Shown piece by piece: positions 48,439 to 57,976 of a DNA stretch of 64,000 bases. The position numbers and the translations under genes are program-made. The stretch lies in NCBI GenBank assembly GCA_041658425.1, contig JBBAAF010000003.1:14267-78266 (forward strand). The letters are read 5' to 3'. The notes under the pieces are model-generated. The model searched no databases. It was not told where the DNA came from and saw nothing but the letters and a program-made list of their open reading frames with translations. How positions within the stretch are numbered: the first letter of the stretch is position 1; each line of letters opens with the position of its first letter. Source of the DNA: Bacteroidales bacterium. Its GTDB lineage: Bacteria > Bacteroidota > Bacteroidia > Bacteroidales > UBA12481.

Positions 48439-51212
48439 TTATACCCCCTGGAAGGTAAGGTTATGTGGAGCGTTATTTTATAATCCCGGCTGATTGTATA
48501 CTTCCGGGTTTTTCCATCGGGCTCACGCACATTTGCAGTATTGCTCAGCCCGGTATAATATACCGGAATCTGCAGAGTTCTGGTGATTTCTTGATTCAAA
48601 GGATTATAGAGCATTAACAATCCCTTTTCTTTACCTGAAGGATTCACATGCAAAAATCCGTCCCAGTCGCGGCCATCAGGGCGACGCAAATGAATAATGT
48701 CGGAATCGAGGATTTGACGATGTTCTTTATAAAAATCAACCCATTTTTTCACAACTGCTTTAGTTGAATCAGTATCGTACAACCGGGGACCGCGATAACA
48801 AGCCTGCACGCCGGCACCAAAAAGGTTGGCCAATCGCTGGTTGTAATGTTCCAGGTGTTCGTTCAACGGTTCAATAGTAGCTGCAGCGCCGCCCCCGTGA
48901 TATTGCGTCAGCGGTACAAACATCCATCCCATACTTGGAGTTTTGTCCCAGGTTCCTTCATAAATATTCTGGCGCTCGATAATCTCCTGCTGTACACGGG
49001 GAAGCGACCAGTTCACTTCCCGGTATCCCATGCCACATTTGGAAGATCCATTCAGATAATAGACATCCGGAACGTTTAAATAGATTCCTTTTGAACGGCA
49101 CCACTTATAAAAATCAGTGATGGTTTTGCGCTGGTTCCATTGCGAATCGCTAAGACCTTTGTGCCCGGGGTGTGTAGTTGAAGCGCACACGTCGCCGGGA
49201 TAGGAACCGTCGTGCTCGATTATGTCAAGCCCTGAAGATTCGTATAATTCATATATTTTACGGAAGTACTCCTGTCCCCACTCGCTGCCCAGACAGGGTG
49301 AATTTTCAAAAACAGCGAATCCCCCTGGTTTGCCTGTCTTCGGGTTAATAACATCATCCTTCTCACTGATTGAACGGCTGGCTAAAAGGCTGTATCCACC
49401 CAGGGCGATTCCTTTTGAATGGGCATAATCGGCATATTTTTTCATTTTTTGATAATAGGCCGGGTTACCGCTTTCCATATTAAACCCGCTGCCAAATGTC
49501 ATAATCACCATTTCAAATCCAACTTCGGCACATTGGTCAATGGCCAGTTTTACCGATGCCGAATCCGCTCTCAATACATGCATAAGTATCGGATTTTCAG
49601 TAACCCAGGGTGCTATGGTCCGGTACATCCTTCGCAGTGACAAGGATTTTCTCTCCCTTTCATAACTGTCGTAAAATAACTCCCAGGTATGGAATGATTC
49701 AAAACTTTTTCCGGTTTCGATCATCTGTTCCGGCCCCAATGGAGTTTGGACCTCAAGCAAGCAGGGCGTTGCAAGTTCCCAGCTGATCTGTGATGTATAG
49801 ATCGAATCCGGAACCCAGCTAACCACTTTTTCATAATCCGTTCTTCCACGGATAGCTGAGCCGTAATCCGTTTCTACATGAATATTCGGTTTCTCCCAGC
49901 CTGATTGTTCATCTTCCTCCGATTTCCCTTCCACCGCTGCAATGATTTCACTGGTATAACCGTTCAAAGTTACACTTTTACCTATCTGATTATCAATAGT
50001 TATCCACTTACTCATTAATGGGATTCCATCATAAATTTCATAATGCACCCTAACTTTAAGGCCTTTTAAATCGGATGGTTCAGCTTTTGAAAGGTCGGGT
50101 TCCCCAAATATTATAAAGTTCCGGACATGAGATCGTGTTAAATCTCCCTTCTTATTACCATCCCTCGCGTTCCCCGAACGACCCATTTTACCGATTCTGA
50201 CAAATTGCGGCTTTTCATTGACCGTAATCCTGCTAATCTCCTCCCATTTTTTTGAATCGGAAGAGATCTCACAAATAATCATGTTTCCGGCAACTGTCAT
50301 TTTTAAATAGTATGCTTTGCCATCTTCAGCTTTACCATAGCTGAATTCCTGTCCTAATGCCCCATTAAAAATTCCGAATTTTCCTTCTCCGGGACGAATG
50401 TTAAACTTGATCGTAAATGTTTGAAATACAAGTGCTATGCCGGGACCAAAGGTCACACCTTTGTCTGTGCCTGGATCAAAAAGGCATTGGACAACCTGGG
50501 CATCCGGTGGAAAGTCGCGTTCTGCAAAGCAAAAACTATTGGGAAGGGCCATTATTTCCCCGATCTTACCCTCATTGGTGAAGGATATACGTTCGTTTGC
50601 ACTGCTTTTCTGAATGCGCCAACCGGTATCCAGCTTCGTAAAATTATCCGAAAGCAATTCTTTCCGGGGAACTTCCAAAACATTATAATCAGGGGCTTTA
50701 AAATCGAGGATCAATTCAACTCCCTTCGGAGGCCAGGGCAAATCTTCAGGCATCCATTCCAACCGCTTTTTCCAGGGAAACCGCGGCTGAATATTGTTTA
50801 CGGAGTACCCGGTATATTCGAATGAGTTGGGCTCACTTTTAAGATCGTCGAGCCATTCGGGCAATAAGTAGCTATGAACAGGTTGCCCGGTTAACCCGCC
50901 AATAGTAAACTTGTGTCCGTCAACAATTATTTTTGCCTCAGGCCGCACAGACCTTAGATATTCCTGTGATGTGACAAAGTTTTTAATGCTGATGGTTGCC
51001 AGATTTGGTGCAATCCTGAACCGCCTTTCTATTAAACCGTTGGATAGTAGCAGTTCCTTTCCGTCTTTCGATTTTCCAGCTTTGGCAATGTAGTCTTTGC
51101 CGTTAATGAGCCAGTCATTTCTTTGTACATTATTTTCCGGCTTACATCTGCATAAACCAAACAGGGTAATACAGATTACCGCAAAAACGAAAGTCAATTT
51201 TCTTGAGTTCAT
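48420..51212 (-). CDS. Uncharacterised ~930-990 aa family, copy C (close paralogue of copy B)
   Basis: Collinear with copy B along its whole length, including the internal insert. The C-terminal third is nearly identical, for example ILDSDIIHLRR, EHDGSYPGDVC and HPGHKGLSDSQW. Confidence 0.85.
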   Translation of the reverse strand: MNSRKLTFVFAVICITLFGLCRCKPENNVQRNDWLINGKDYIAKAGKSKDGKELLLSNGLIERRFRIAPNLATISIKNFVTSQEYLRSVRPEAKIIVDGHKFTIGGLTGQPVHSYLLPEWLDDLKSEPNSFEYTGYSVNNIQPRFPWKKRLEWMPEDLPWPPKGVELILDFKAPDYNVLEVPRKELLSDNFTKLDTGWRIQKSSANERISFTNEGKIGEIMALPNSFCFAERDFPPDAQVVQCLFDPGTDKGVTFGPGIALVFQTFTIKFNIRPGEGKFGIFNGALGQEFSYGKAEDGKAYYLKMTVAGNMIICEISSDSKKWEEISRITVNEKPQFVRIGKMGRSGNARDGNKKGDLTRSHVRNFIIFGEPDLSKAEPSDLKGLKVRVHYEIYDGIPLMSKWITIDNQIGKSVTLNGYTSEIIAAVEGKSEEDEQSGWEKPNIHVETDYGSAIRGRTDYEKVVSWVPDSIYTSQISWELATPCLLEVQTPLGPEQMIETGKSFESFHTWELFYDSYERERKSLSLRRMYRTIAPWVTENPILMHVLRADSASVKLAIDQCAEVGFEMVIMTFGSGFNMESGNPAYYQKMKKYADYAHSKGIALGGYSLLASRSISEKDDVINPKTGKPGGFAVFENSPCLGSEWGQEYFRKIYELYESSGLDIIEHDGSYPGDVCASTTHPGHKGLSDSQWNQRKTITDFYKWCRSKGIYLNVPDVYYLNGSSKCGMGYREVNWSLPRVQQEIIERQNIYEGTWDKTPSMGWMFVPLTQYHGGGAAATIEPLNEHLEHYNQRLANLFGAGVQACYRGPRLYDTDSTKAVVKKWVDFYKEHRQILDSDIIHLRRPDGRDWDGFLHVNPSGKEKGLLMLYNPLNQEITRTLQIPVYYTGLSNTANVREPDGKTRKYTISRDYKITLHITLPSRGYNWYVIY

Positions 51213-51241
51213 AATTTCAGACTTATTAGGAAACGTGTTTA

Positions 51242-52519
51242 TTACCTGACTTTTCCGAGTTTTTTACCGACAGCCTTAATCTGTTCCAGGTGATGCGGAA
51301 GGATTTCTCCTGTGGCTTCAGGTACCACTTCGAGACATAATACTCCCTCATTTTTTACAATTTCTTCTGCCATTCCGGTCAGTTTTTCAGTTTCAAATTG
51401 TTGTCCTTTTCCACCCCATTTCTCTCCCAGATAGGTGAATAAAAACCACTGTACACCATCTGCAACCCATCTGCCTGATGGAAACTCATCAATTGTACTC
51501 TTTTCTCCGGAACTGTAATCGCAATAGGGTGTATTGACCTTAATTTTTCCAAAACCGCTGTTATAGGTTACGATACTATTCTTATTGCCAGCTTTTGCTG
51601 CAAGAGTGTGCGTACTGATATTATGTTTAAGCGACATATCCATTCGTGTACTCCTGATGGCATTCCACGAATATAAACCATCAAACCACCACCCTTTGAC
51701 ACCATTACCATACCTCAGGCTCCATTCCCTGATCATATCTTCCAGGATAGGCTGGTTATATTGACTGGTCGCTGAGTCTTTTTTATATGGATATTTGAAT
51801 TTCTCCGACACCAGTTTGTTTCTCACTGGAGGATTACTGGGCAGATATAATATTAACGGAATATTGTACTTTTTTAGCTCTTTCATTAAATCCATCGGCA
51901 AATCGCGTTTTGAGCATAAATCTCCTGGTTTTACCCCGACAGCGCTGTCAAAGGCTGAGTTAGGGGAACAGTAATAACCGGAATTTTGCCCAAGTGTAAA
52001 CATCACATACCCAACACCTGCTTCATTGGCCTGATTGGTAAATTTTTCAACATTGAAGCTATTCACTGCATCATTCCACTCCTTTGCACCACCATCAGGA
52101 GTAAAGACCTCCTTTAAAAAGTGAACCATGATGCCAAAACCAGCATCCCGGAACCAGTCGGTGTTGGGATTTCCTTTGTATTCGATAGGTTTTGAGGATA
52201 TTACGGAGGTAGTAATTCTTTCATCACCATCGTTTACCTTGCAGGATATTTCGCATTTAAGATATTTGTCGACATAAGAAGTCAGCAATACAATCTCGTT
52301 GGTCCAGATACCCTGAAGCTTTTCCCATCCACCATCCGGAGACGGAGCGATATACCAGCAATACTCCGTTTCTTGTACATTATTTGGCAGTTTACATTCT
52401 ACACCTACCACATTTTTTGCAATCAGCTCGCCTTCAAGCGTCACGTTTTTTATCTCCTTATTCTGACAAGAAATGACAGGTAAAAGGATACACATTAATA
52501 ATAAACTGTTTATTTTCAT
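51242..52519 (-). CDS. Lipoprotein, GH29-like/fucosidase-superfamily-like barrel with N-terminal Ig-like module (family unverified)
   Basis: Lipobox LPVISC. The segment DWFRDAGFGIMVHFL resembles the GH29 start-of-barrel motif. This is the first gene after the susD terminator. Confidence 0.65.
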   Translation of the reverse strand: MKINSLLLMCILLPVISCQNKEIKNVTLEGELIAKNVVGVECKLPNNVQETEYCWYIAPSPDGGWEKLQGIWTNEIVLLTSYVDKYLKCEISCKVNDGDERITTSVISSKPIEYKGNPNTDWFRDAGFGIMVHFLKEVFTPDGGAKEWNDAVNSFNVEKFTNQANEAGVGYVMFTLGQNSGYYCSPNSAFDSAVGVKPGDLCSKRDLPMDLMKELKKYNIPLILYLPSNPPVRNKLVSEKFKYPYKKDSATSQYNQPILEDMIREWSLRYGNGVKGWWFDGLYSWNAIRSTRMDMSLKHNISTHTLAAKAGNKNSIVTYNSGFGKIKVNTPYCDYSSGEKSTIDEFPSGRWVADGVQWFLFTYLGEKWGGKGQQFETEKLTGMAEEIVKNEGVLCLEVVPEATGEILPHHLEQIKAVGKKLGKVR

Positions 52520-52620
52520 GAGAATGAGTGGATTAAAAATTACGAAATTATATAAATGGATAGTTGCAATCAGGGTTAAGAGCAGAAGGATAAAGAACTA
52601 AGGCACACGTAGCTAAAACA

Positions 52621-52651
52621 AAAAGCCTCTCGTTTTTAACGAGAGGCTTTT
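52621..52651 (-). terminator. Strong intrinsic (rho-independent) terminator downstream of susD
   Basis: AAAAGCCTCTCGTT-TTT-AACGAGAGGCTTTT is a perfect 14-bp stem with core GCCTCTCG and a 3-nt loop. On the minus strand it is followed by TGTTTTAGC (T-rich). It lies 59 nt after the susD stop. Confidence 0.8.
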
Positions 52652-52709
52652 ATGTTTAGAGATTCGTCTCGCTAATAGCTAAACTTATCAATCCCAAAAA
52701 ATAATTTGG

Positions 52710-54491
52710 TTATTTCAATGGATCAAAAGCGCCTCCCCAGGTATTGTTCTGCTCAATTTTGCTGTTACGCTCAAGAATAGCTTTTGGAATACCAAAGAAT
52801 GAATACTTGTCTTCATCCAGCACGACTACTTTTGCATATCCATTGATAACCGATGCAGAGAACTGATCCAAGACGGTATTGATATCCGTTAACCTATCCG
52901 GAGCGTTTGCAGTTGGTCCGTTCCATTCCATTCTTAAACCATGAAGGTAGCTATCCTTCAGAGCGTTCATTGTGGAAGTAAAGATACGCCACCTGCGCAG
53001 ATCCCAGAAACGTTTCCCTTCAAATGCGAACTCAACGAAACGTTCGTCCTGAATGGCTTTTCTGATATCAGCAGCAGATGAGGCAGTGACCCCATAAGTT
53101 GGACCATCAATACCCGCCCTCTGGCGGATTTTGTAAAGGACATCGAGAGCTTCAGCGGTTTTGCCGGTTTCATTGGCAGCTTCAGCCATGTTCATCAGCA
53201 CCTCGGCATAACGGATCTCGATCCAGTCAACCTGTCCGTCTTCAACAGTTGTTCTGGTGATAGTCTGATCCATCATTTTTGCAGGGTAAAAACCGGAATG
53301 GGAAAATAAATTCTCAGCACCAGTTCCGAATACCGATTTGTTAGCTGCACTTGCTTCTTTACCGTTGATACCGGTTGCCGCGTTGTTGTCAAGATCATAG
53401 AAATAGGTCCACATGTTTTCATTCCCGAACATTGGTGAAATAAAAGGAGCTGACCCGTTATAGGCGATCGAAGCATAAAAACGCCCTTCCCTGTTTTGGA
53501 AGAATGTCTTGTAATCCATTGTTGCCGGGTCCCATTTCGAACCGTCTTTCATGGCATAAGCATCTACTAACTCCAGGGTCGGATAATTTGATCCGACACA
53601 ACCCCTTGCATAAAGCAACGGGCGCATGCAGGCCTGAGAGTAACCATTGGCGAAACTGGGGTATTGGTACCTTCTTACCATGATAACCTCCTTGTTCATT
53701 TCGTCGAGCCACAGTTCCCTGTATTTGCTGTATAAGCCTTTACCCTGTGCATCCAGGAATGCCAAAGCTGCTTTGTTGGCCTCATAGGCTGCAGTCCAAC
53801 GCGCAACATCATTGGTACGGTTAAACTGGGGGCTGGCCCAGTACAACAGAACCCGGCCTTTGAATGACATGCCCACGCACTTGTCAACGCGTCCGATTAC
53901 GCTTTTGTTCTCCAATAATTCGATGGCAGCATCAAGATCCTTTAAAATTTGCGTCATGCAGGCGGATGTCGAACTCCGGGGGATAAAAGTAGCCTCAATA
54001 TTTGCAGGGTCTCCCGGTTCCAAAACCAGTTCGACACCGCCATAGGCTTTAACTGCCGCGAAGTAAACCCATGCACGCCAGAAAAGCATCTGACCTTTCA
54101 GTGATTGTTTATTGGCATCGGCAAAAGTTGCTGCGTCTATCCCGGCAAGGAATATGTTTATCCTTCTGATAACAGCATAGTTGTCATAACCATTATACGT
54201 ATCAACGGTCATGCTTCCCTTGAGGTAAGCCGATAATCCGTCGCCTCCGTTGACATCGTTTGACTGGTCGTCCCATCTGGGCGTATTCCAGTCGGCAGGC
54301 ATTAAACTTCCGTAAATGTCATTCACATAAGCTTCCGCCACAGCAGGATTTCCCCAGACGTCCTCGGTTTGAATGGCCCCCAGATTCTCTTTACTGAGAG
54401 GATCGCATCCTATAAAACATAGCAGTATAAACACACTACCAATTAATCTCTTTAATGTTTTCATATTTTTATTATTATAAAATATTAACAA
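52710..54491 (-). CDS. susD: SusD/RagB-family nutrient-binding outer-membrane lipoprotein
   Basis: The likely start is MKTLKRLIGSVFILLCFIGC (lipobox) at about 54464. Motifs RYAEVLMNMAEAANE and IQDERFVEFAFEGKRFWDLRRW are present. It lies immediately downstream of susC. Confidence 0.93.
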   Translation of the reverse strand: MLIFYNNKNMKTLKRLIGSVFILLCFIGCDPLSKENLGAIQTEDVWGNPAVAEAYVNDIYGSLMPADWNTPRWDDQSNDVNGGDGLSAYLKGSMTVDTYNGYDNYAVIRRINIFLAGIDAATFADANKQSLKGQMLFWRAWVYFAAVKAYGGVELVLEPGDPANIEATFIPRSSTSACMTQILKDLDAAIELLENKSVIGRVDKCVGMSFKGRVLLYWASPQFNRTNDVARWTAAYEANKAALAFLDAQGKGLYSKYRELWLDEMNKEVIMVRRYQYPSFANGYSQACMRPLLYARGCVGSNYPTLELVDAYAMKDGSKWDPATMDYKTFFQNREGRFYASIAYNGSAPFISPMFGNENMWTYFYDLDNNAATGINGKEASAANKSVFGTGAENLFSHSGFYPAKMMDQTITRTTVEDGQVDWIEIRYAEVLMNMAEAANETGKTAEALDVLYKIRQRAGIDGPTYGVTASSAADIRKAIQDERFVEFAFEGKRFWDLRRWRIFTSTMNALKDSYLHGLRMEWNGPTANAPDRLTDINTVLDQFSASVINGYAKVVVLDEDKYSFFGIPKAILERNSKIEQNNTWGGAFDPLK

Positions 54492-54496
54492 GCAGC

Positions 54497-57400
54497 TTAG
54501 AATGTAATATTTGCACCCATTGTAAAGGATTTCATCGTAGGATATGATCTCATCTCAGAACCGCTGGGGTCAAAATAATCAAATTTCGTCATGGTGAATA
54601 AATTAGTTCCTGACAGTATTAAAGTTACATCAGCAATTTTAATTTTTTGACAAAGACTTTTTGGGAGCGAGTAGGTAAAGTTCAAATATTGCAACCGTAG
54701 GTAACTGCTATTTTTTAACCAGAAAGTTGATTCCAGGTGGTCCATACTCCGGTCCCAGGTAATTGGTCTTGGGTAAGCCGCATCAGTATTATCCGGTGAC
54801 CATGAATCCAGCCAGAATGAGGGTGGCCTTGCGCCGTCGAAGAACCTTCTGCCGTATCCGTCGTTATAGAATTTTGATACGCCGGTGATTCCCTGCAGAA
54901 ATACGTCAATTCCAAATCCTTTCCAGTTAACGCTGAGATTTAACCCAACCATATAGGGAGCCAAAGCGTGTGACCCTTCAATGATTTGCCGGTCATAGCT
55001 GTCGATCTTGCCGTCAGCAACCCCGTCGGTAACGCCGCTGACATCCTCAAAATTGATCATACCCAGTTTTGGCTTCAGACCATAAATGGTATAACCTGCG
55101 GGAAGTGCATCAAGATCAGCCTGGGTGCGGATGATATCCGTAGCAACGAGGCACCTGATATAATCGGTCGACTTGCCGTTAGGATCATCAAGGGCACGGA
55201 CGTTCTGAGCCACGTCGCGCAGGATAACCTTATTCACTGAATATCCGAAGTTACCCTTTATCTGATAGGAGAAATCTCCTTTATTGCCAACGTAGCCTAA
55301 CTCGAGTTCAACTCCTTGACCATCAACTATACCATAGTTTACAGGTGGCATGGCTCCTCCAAAAGAATTCGGTAAAGACAATATCCTGGAATCAAGGATA
55401 TCATAGTTGTGCCTCTTGTAATACTCTGCACTGAACATGATGCCCTTTAAAAAGCGTGCGTCAATACCCACGTTCAATTCACTGGTTTTTTCCCAGGTCA
55501 GGTCTGGATTTATAATACCACTGTATCTGACACGAGGCTGCGCTGCGGTACCCAATAAGTAATCACCGGCTGTTGCAAAGGATTCACTCCATCTCCATCC
55601 CCCGACAGCATCATTCCCGGCTAATCCCCAGGAAGCACGCAGTTTTAAGTCATCAATAAAGCTTACTTTAAAGAAATTCTCTCTTGATAACATCCAGCCT
55701 GCTGAAACGGAAGGGAATGTTCCCCAACGTTTATCAGGGGCAAACAGCATGGATCCGTCGCGACGGGCTGTGGCATTGATAAAGTATTTATCACCAAAAC
55801 TATAGGCCAGCCTTCCGATAAAAGATGCACGGCCAAATTCACTTTCAGTTCCGCTAACCTGTCCATCGGTTCTTGCAGCGGATGTTGCCCAGAACTGGTC
55901 CTTTTGTAACAGTGGGAATCCTTCTCTCAAGCCATAGAAATAATCGTAGTTGCCTTCACTTTGCTCATAAACCAAAACGGCATTAATATCGTGCTGCCCA
56001 AATTTCTTGGCATAATTTGCAGCAAAGTTCAACTGATAACTTTGGGTTGCTTCCTGAACCCTTACTAATCTCTCTTTATTCGGATAGGCTGATTTTATCG
56101 TTCCTGTGATCTCGTCGGTATAGATGGCGCTGTTTGTACCGAGTTTTTTTACCTGGTATAAAGTGGTTTTAAGTTCGTACTGTTTCATGGTCATGCCTGC
56201 ATATTTTGGGGCAAATTTTCCTGAAACAGACAATCCGTCAACAAATGGGATATTATACGTTAACCCGAGCAACATATCTACGTTGCGTTCGATACGGGTA
56301 TTCATACCACCTTCTTCAACAAATGCCAGCATGTTTCCGATCCAGCCCGGATCGATGAACTTTCCATCTTTTGTTTTCGGTGGCACAGTAGGCAGGTAAT
56401 ATAATAAACGTCCCCAAAGAGCACCAAAATCTGCGTTTGTATCAAAACCGACGTTATCTTCCTGCATAACGAACCTTGTTTTTGTTCCCTGGCTATAGGC
56501 CACATTGAAGATACCCTTCAGATTCTTGGTAAAATCAACATCGATATTGGAGCGGAAGGTGTATCTCTGGTAATCTGCATTTTTGATGAAGGCGGTTTGA
56601 TCGAAGAAAGTACCGGCAAGGAAATATTTAACCTTATCGGTTCCTCCGGATGCGGTAAGGGAATGTTTTTGTAAGGTAGGATCCTTATAAGCTAAAGTAT
56701 ACCAGGCTCTTGCGGGGTCGTTTTCATTAAAGAAAGCAACTTCCTGAGCATCATACGCCGGTGGTAAATTTTCGTTTGCCCGGGCATCATTCATCAGTCT
56801 GACCATATCCTTTGCATCGACATAAGAAGGTATCTTTGAAGGCTGGTCAAAACTGTATGAGTAGTTGTAATTCAGCTGGAATTTGCCAACGTTCCCTGTT
56901 TTGGTGGTTACCAGGATAACCCCGTTAGCAGCCCGGGCACCATAAATAGCTCCCGAAGCGGCATCTTTCAAAACAGTGATATTGTCCACCGCGGAAACAT
57001 CCAATGCATCAAACGCCCGTTTATCGGAAACAATACCGTCTATGACATAAAGCGGATCAAGACCGGTACTTTTCCAGGTGTTAATGGCACGTACCCGGAT
57101 GGATGCGGCAAATCCCGGGGCACCTGATCTCTGGGTCACATATACTCCGCTCAACCGGCCGGCCAGGGTATTGGACAGTGCGGGTACAGGTATGAACTTA
57201 ACATCTTCAGCCTTCATCGAGGTGAGTGCACCTGTGACTGATGATTTTTTCTGGGTTCCGTATCCGACCACCACAACTTCTTCGAGTGATACAGCCTCCG
57301 TCTGAAGTGTGACATTGATTACAGAACTGTTTCCAACTGCCACTTCCTGTGTAGTGTAGCCTACGAAGCTGACCACTAAGGTGGCACCAGTCGTAGGAAC

Positions 57401-57592
57401 AGTAATGGTATACTTACCATTGGCATCGGTTGTTGCCCCAGTCTGCGTCCCTTTCACGACAATATTTGCACCAGGAACCGGCTGCCGGTCTTGGTCAGTG
57501 ACAGTTCCGGTTACTGTTCTCTGAGCATAAATACCGGCGGTACTTACGATTGAGAACATAAGCAATAGAAATACTTTTAGTAATGTTTTCAT
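54497..57592 (-). CDS. susC: SusC/RagA-family TonB-dependent outer-membrane transporter
   Basis: Signal peptide; carboxypeptidase-regulatory-like domain TVTGTVTDQDRQPVPGANIVVKG; plug region VVVVGYGTQKKSSVTGA; C-terminal ...MGANITF. There is no N-terminal STN (anti-sigma signalling) extension. Confidence 0.95.
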   Translation of the reverse strand: MKTLLKVFLLLMFSIVSTAGIYAQRTVTGTVTDQDRQPVPGANIVVKGTQTGATTDANGKYTITVPTTGATLVVSFVGYTTQEVAVGNSSVINVTLQTEAVSLEEVVVVGYGTQKKSSVTGALTSMKAEDVKFIPVPALSNTLAGRLSGVYVTQRSGAPGFAASIRVRAINTWKSTGLDPLYVIDGIVSDKRAFDALDVSAVDNITVLKDAASGAIYGARAANGVILVTTKTGNVGKFQLNYNYSYSFDQPSKIPSYVDAKDMVRLMNDARANENLPPAYDAQEVAFFNENDPARAWYTLAYKDPTLQKHSLTASGGTDKVKYFLAGTFFDQTAFIKNADYQRYTFRSNIDVDFTKNLKGIFNVAYSQGTKTRFVMQEDNVGFDTNADFGALWGRLLYYLPTVPPKTKDGKFIDPGWIGNMLAFVEEGGMNTRIERNVDMLLGLTYNIPFVDGLSVSGKFAPKYAGMTMKQYELKTTLYQVKKLGTNSAIYTDEITGTIKSAYPNKERLVRVQEATQSYQLNFAANYAKKFGQHDINAVLVYEQSEGNYDYFYGLREGFPLLQKDQFWATSAARTDGQVSGTESEFGRASFIGRLAYSFGDKYFINATARRDGSMLFAPDKRWGTFPSVSAGWMLSRENFFKVSFIDDLKLRASWGLAGNDAVGGWRWSESFATAGDYLLGTAAQPRVRYSGIINPDLTWEKTSELNVGIDARFLKGIMFSAEYYKRHNYDILDSRILSLPNSFGGAMPPVNYGIVDGQGVELELGYVGNKGDFSYQIKGNFGYSVNKVILRDVAQNVRALDDPNGKSTDYIRCLVATDIIRTQADLDALPAGYTIYGLKPKLGMINFEDVSGVTDGVADGKIDSYDRQIIEGSHALAPYMVGLNLSVNWKGFGIDVFLQGITGVSKFYNDGYGRRFFDGARPPSFWLDSWSPDNTDAAYPRPITWDRSMDHLESTFWLKNSSYLRLQYLNFTYSLPKSLCQKIKIADVTLILSGTNLFTMTKFDYFDPSGSEMRSYPTMKSFTMGANITF

Positions 57593-57956
57593 AGATTAAT
57601 TAGTTTTGTTTAATAATTGGAACGAAATAATTAATTTTATGCATGTTAAGGTTTCTGAAATCACGATTCAATTGGGTATGTGTCATAGGCAATTAGTATT
57701 AGTTAATTATTCAGACAAATTCTTATATTAACATACATTTCCTTTTTGCGCACTTCTAACCACTACTTTTTTAATGCTGTTTCGGCCACAAGGTAGAGAA
57801 CGGATTTAAGAAAAGCAAATTTTTTCAATCAATTTTTTATAGAATAAAATTTGAATACAAATATGAATGCGTTACAAATAAGTGTCGTTCACGCTCGGGG
57901 CTCCGCCCTCTCTTTTCTTTATCCTTAAAAACAAAATTGCTGCTTTGGAAGCTTAG

Positions 57957-57976
57957 ATTGAAACCTATTGAAACCT
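57957..57976. repeat. Perfect tandem duplication of the 10-mer ATTGAAACCT
   Basis: Read directly at 57957-57966 and 57967-57976. It overlaps the stop codon of the GH78 remnant (minus strand ...AGG TTT CAA TAG GTT TCA ATC TAA). Confidence 0.9.

Noticed and set aside
57593-57964. Promoter call for susC
   Set aside because: I scanned the minus strand of the 372-nt upstream region for TAnnTTTG and found only one-mismatch candidates (for example CATATTTG). None was strong enough to annotate.
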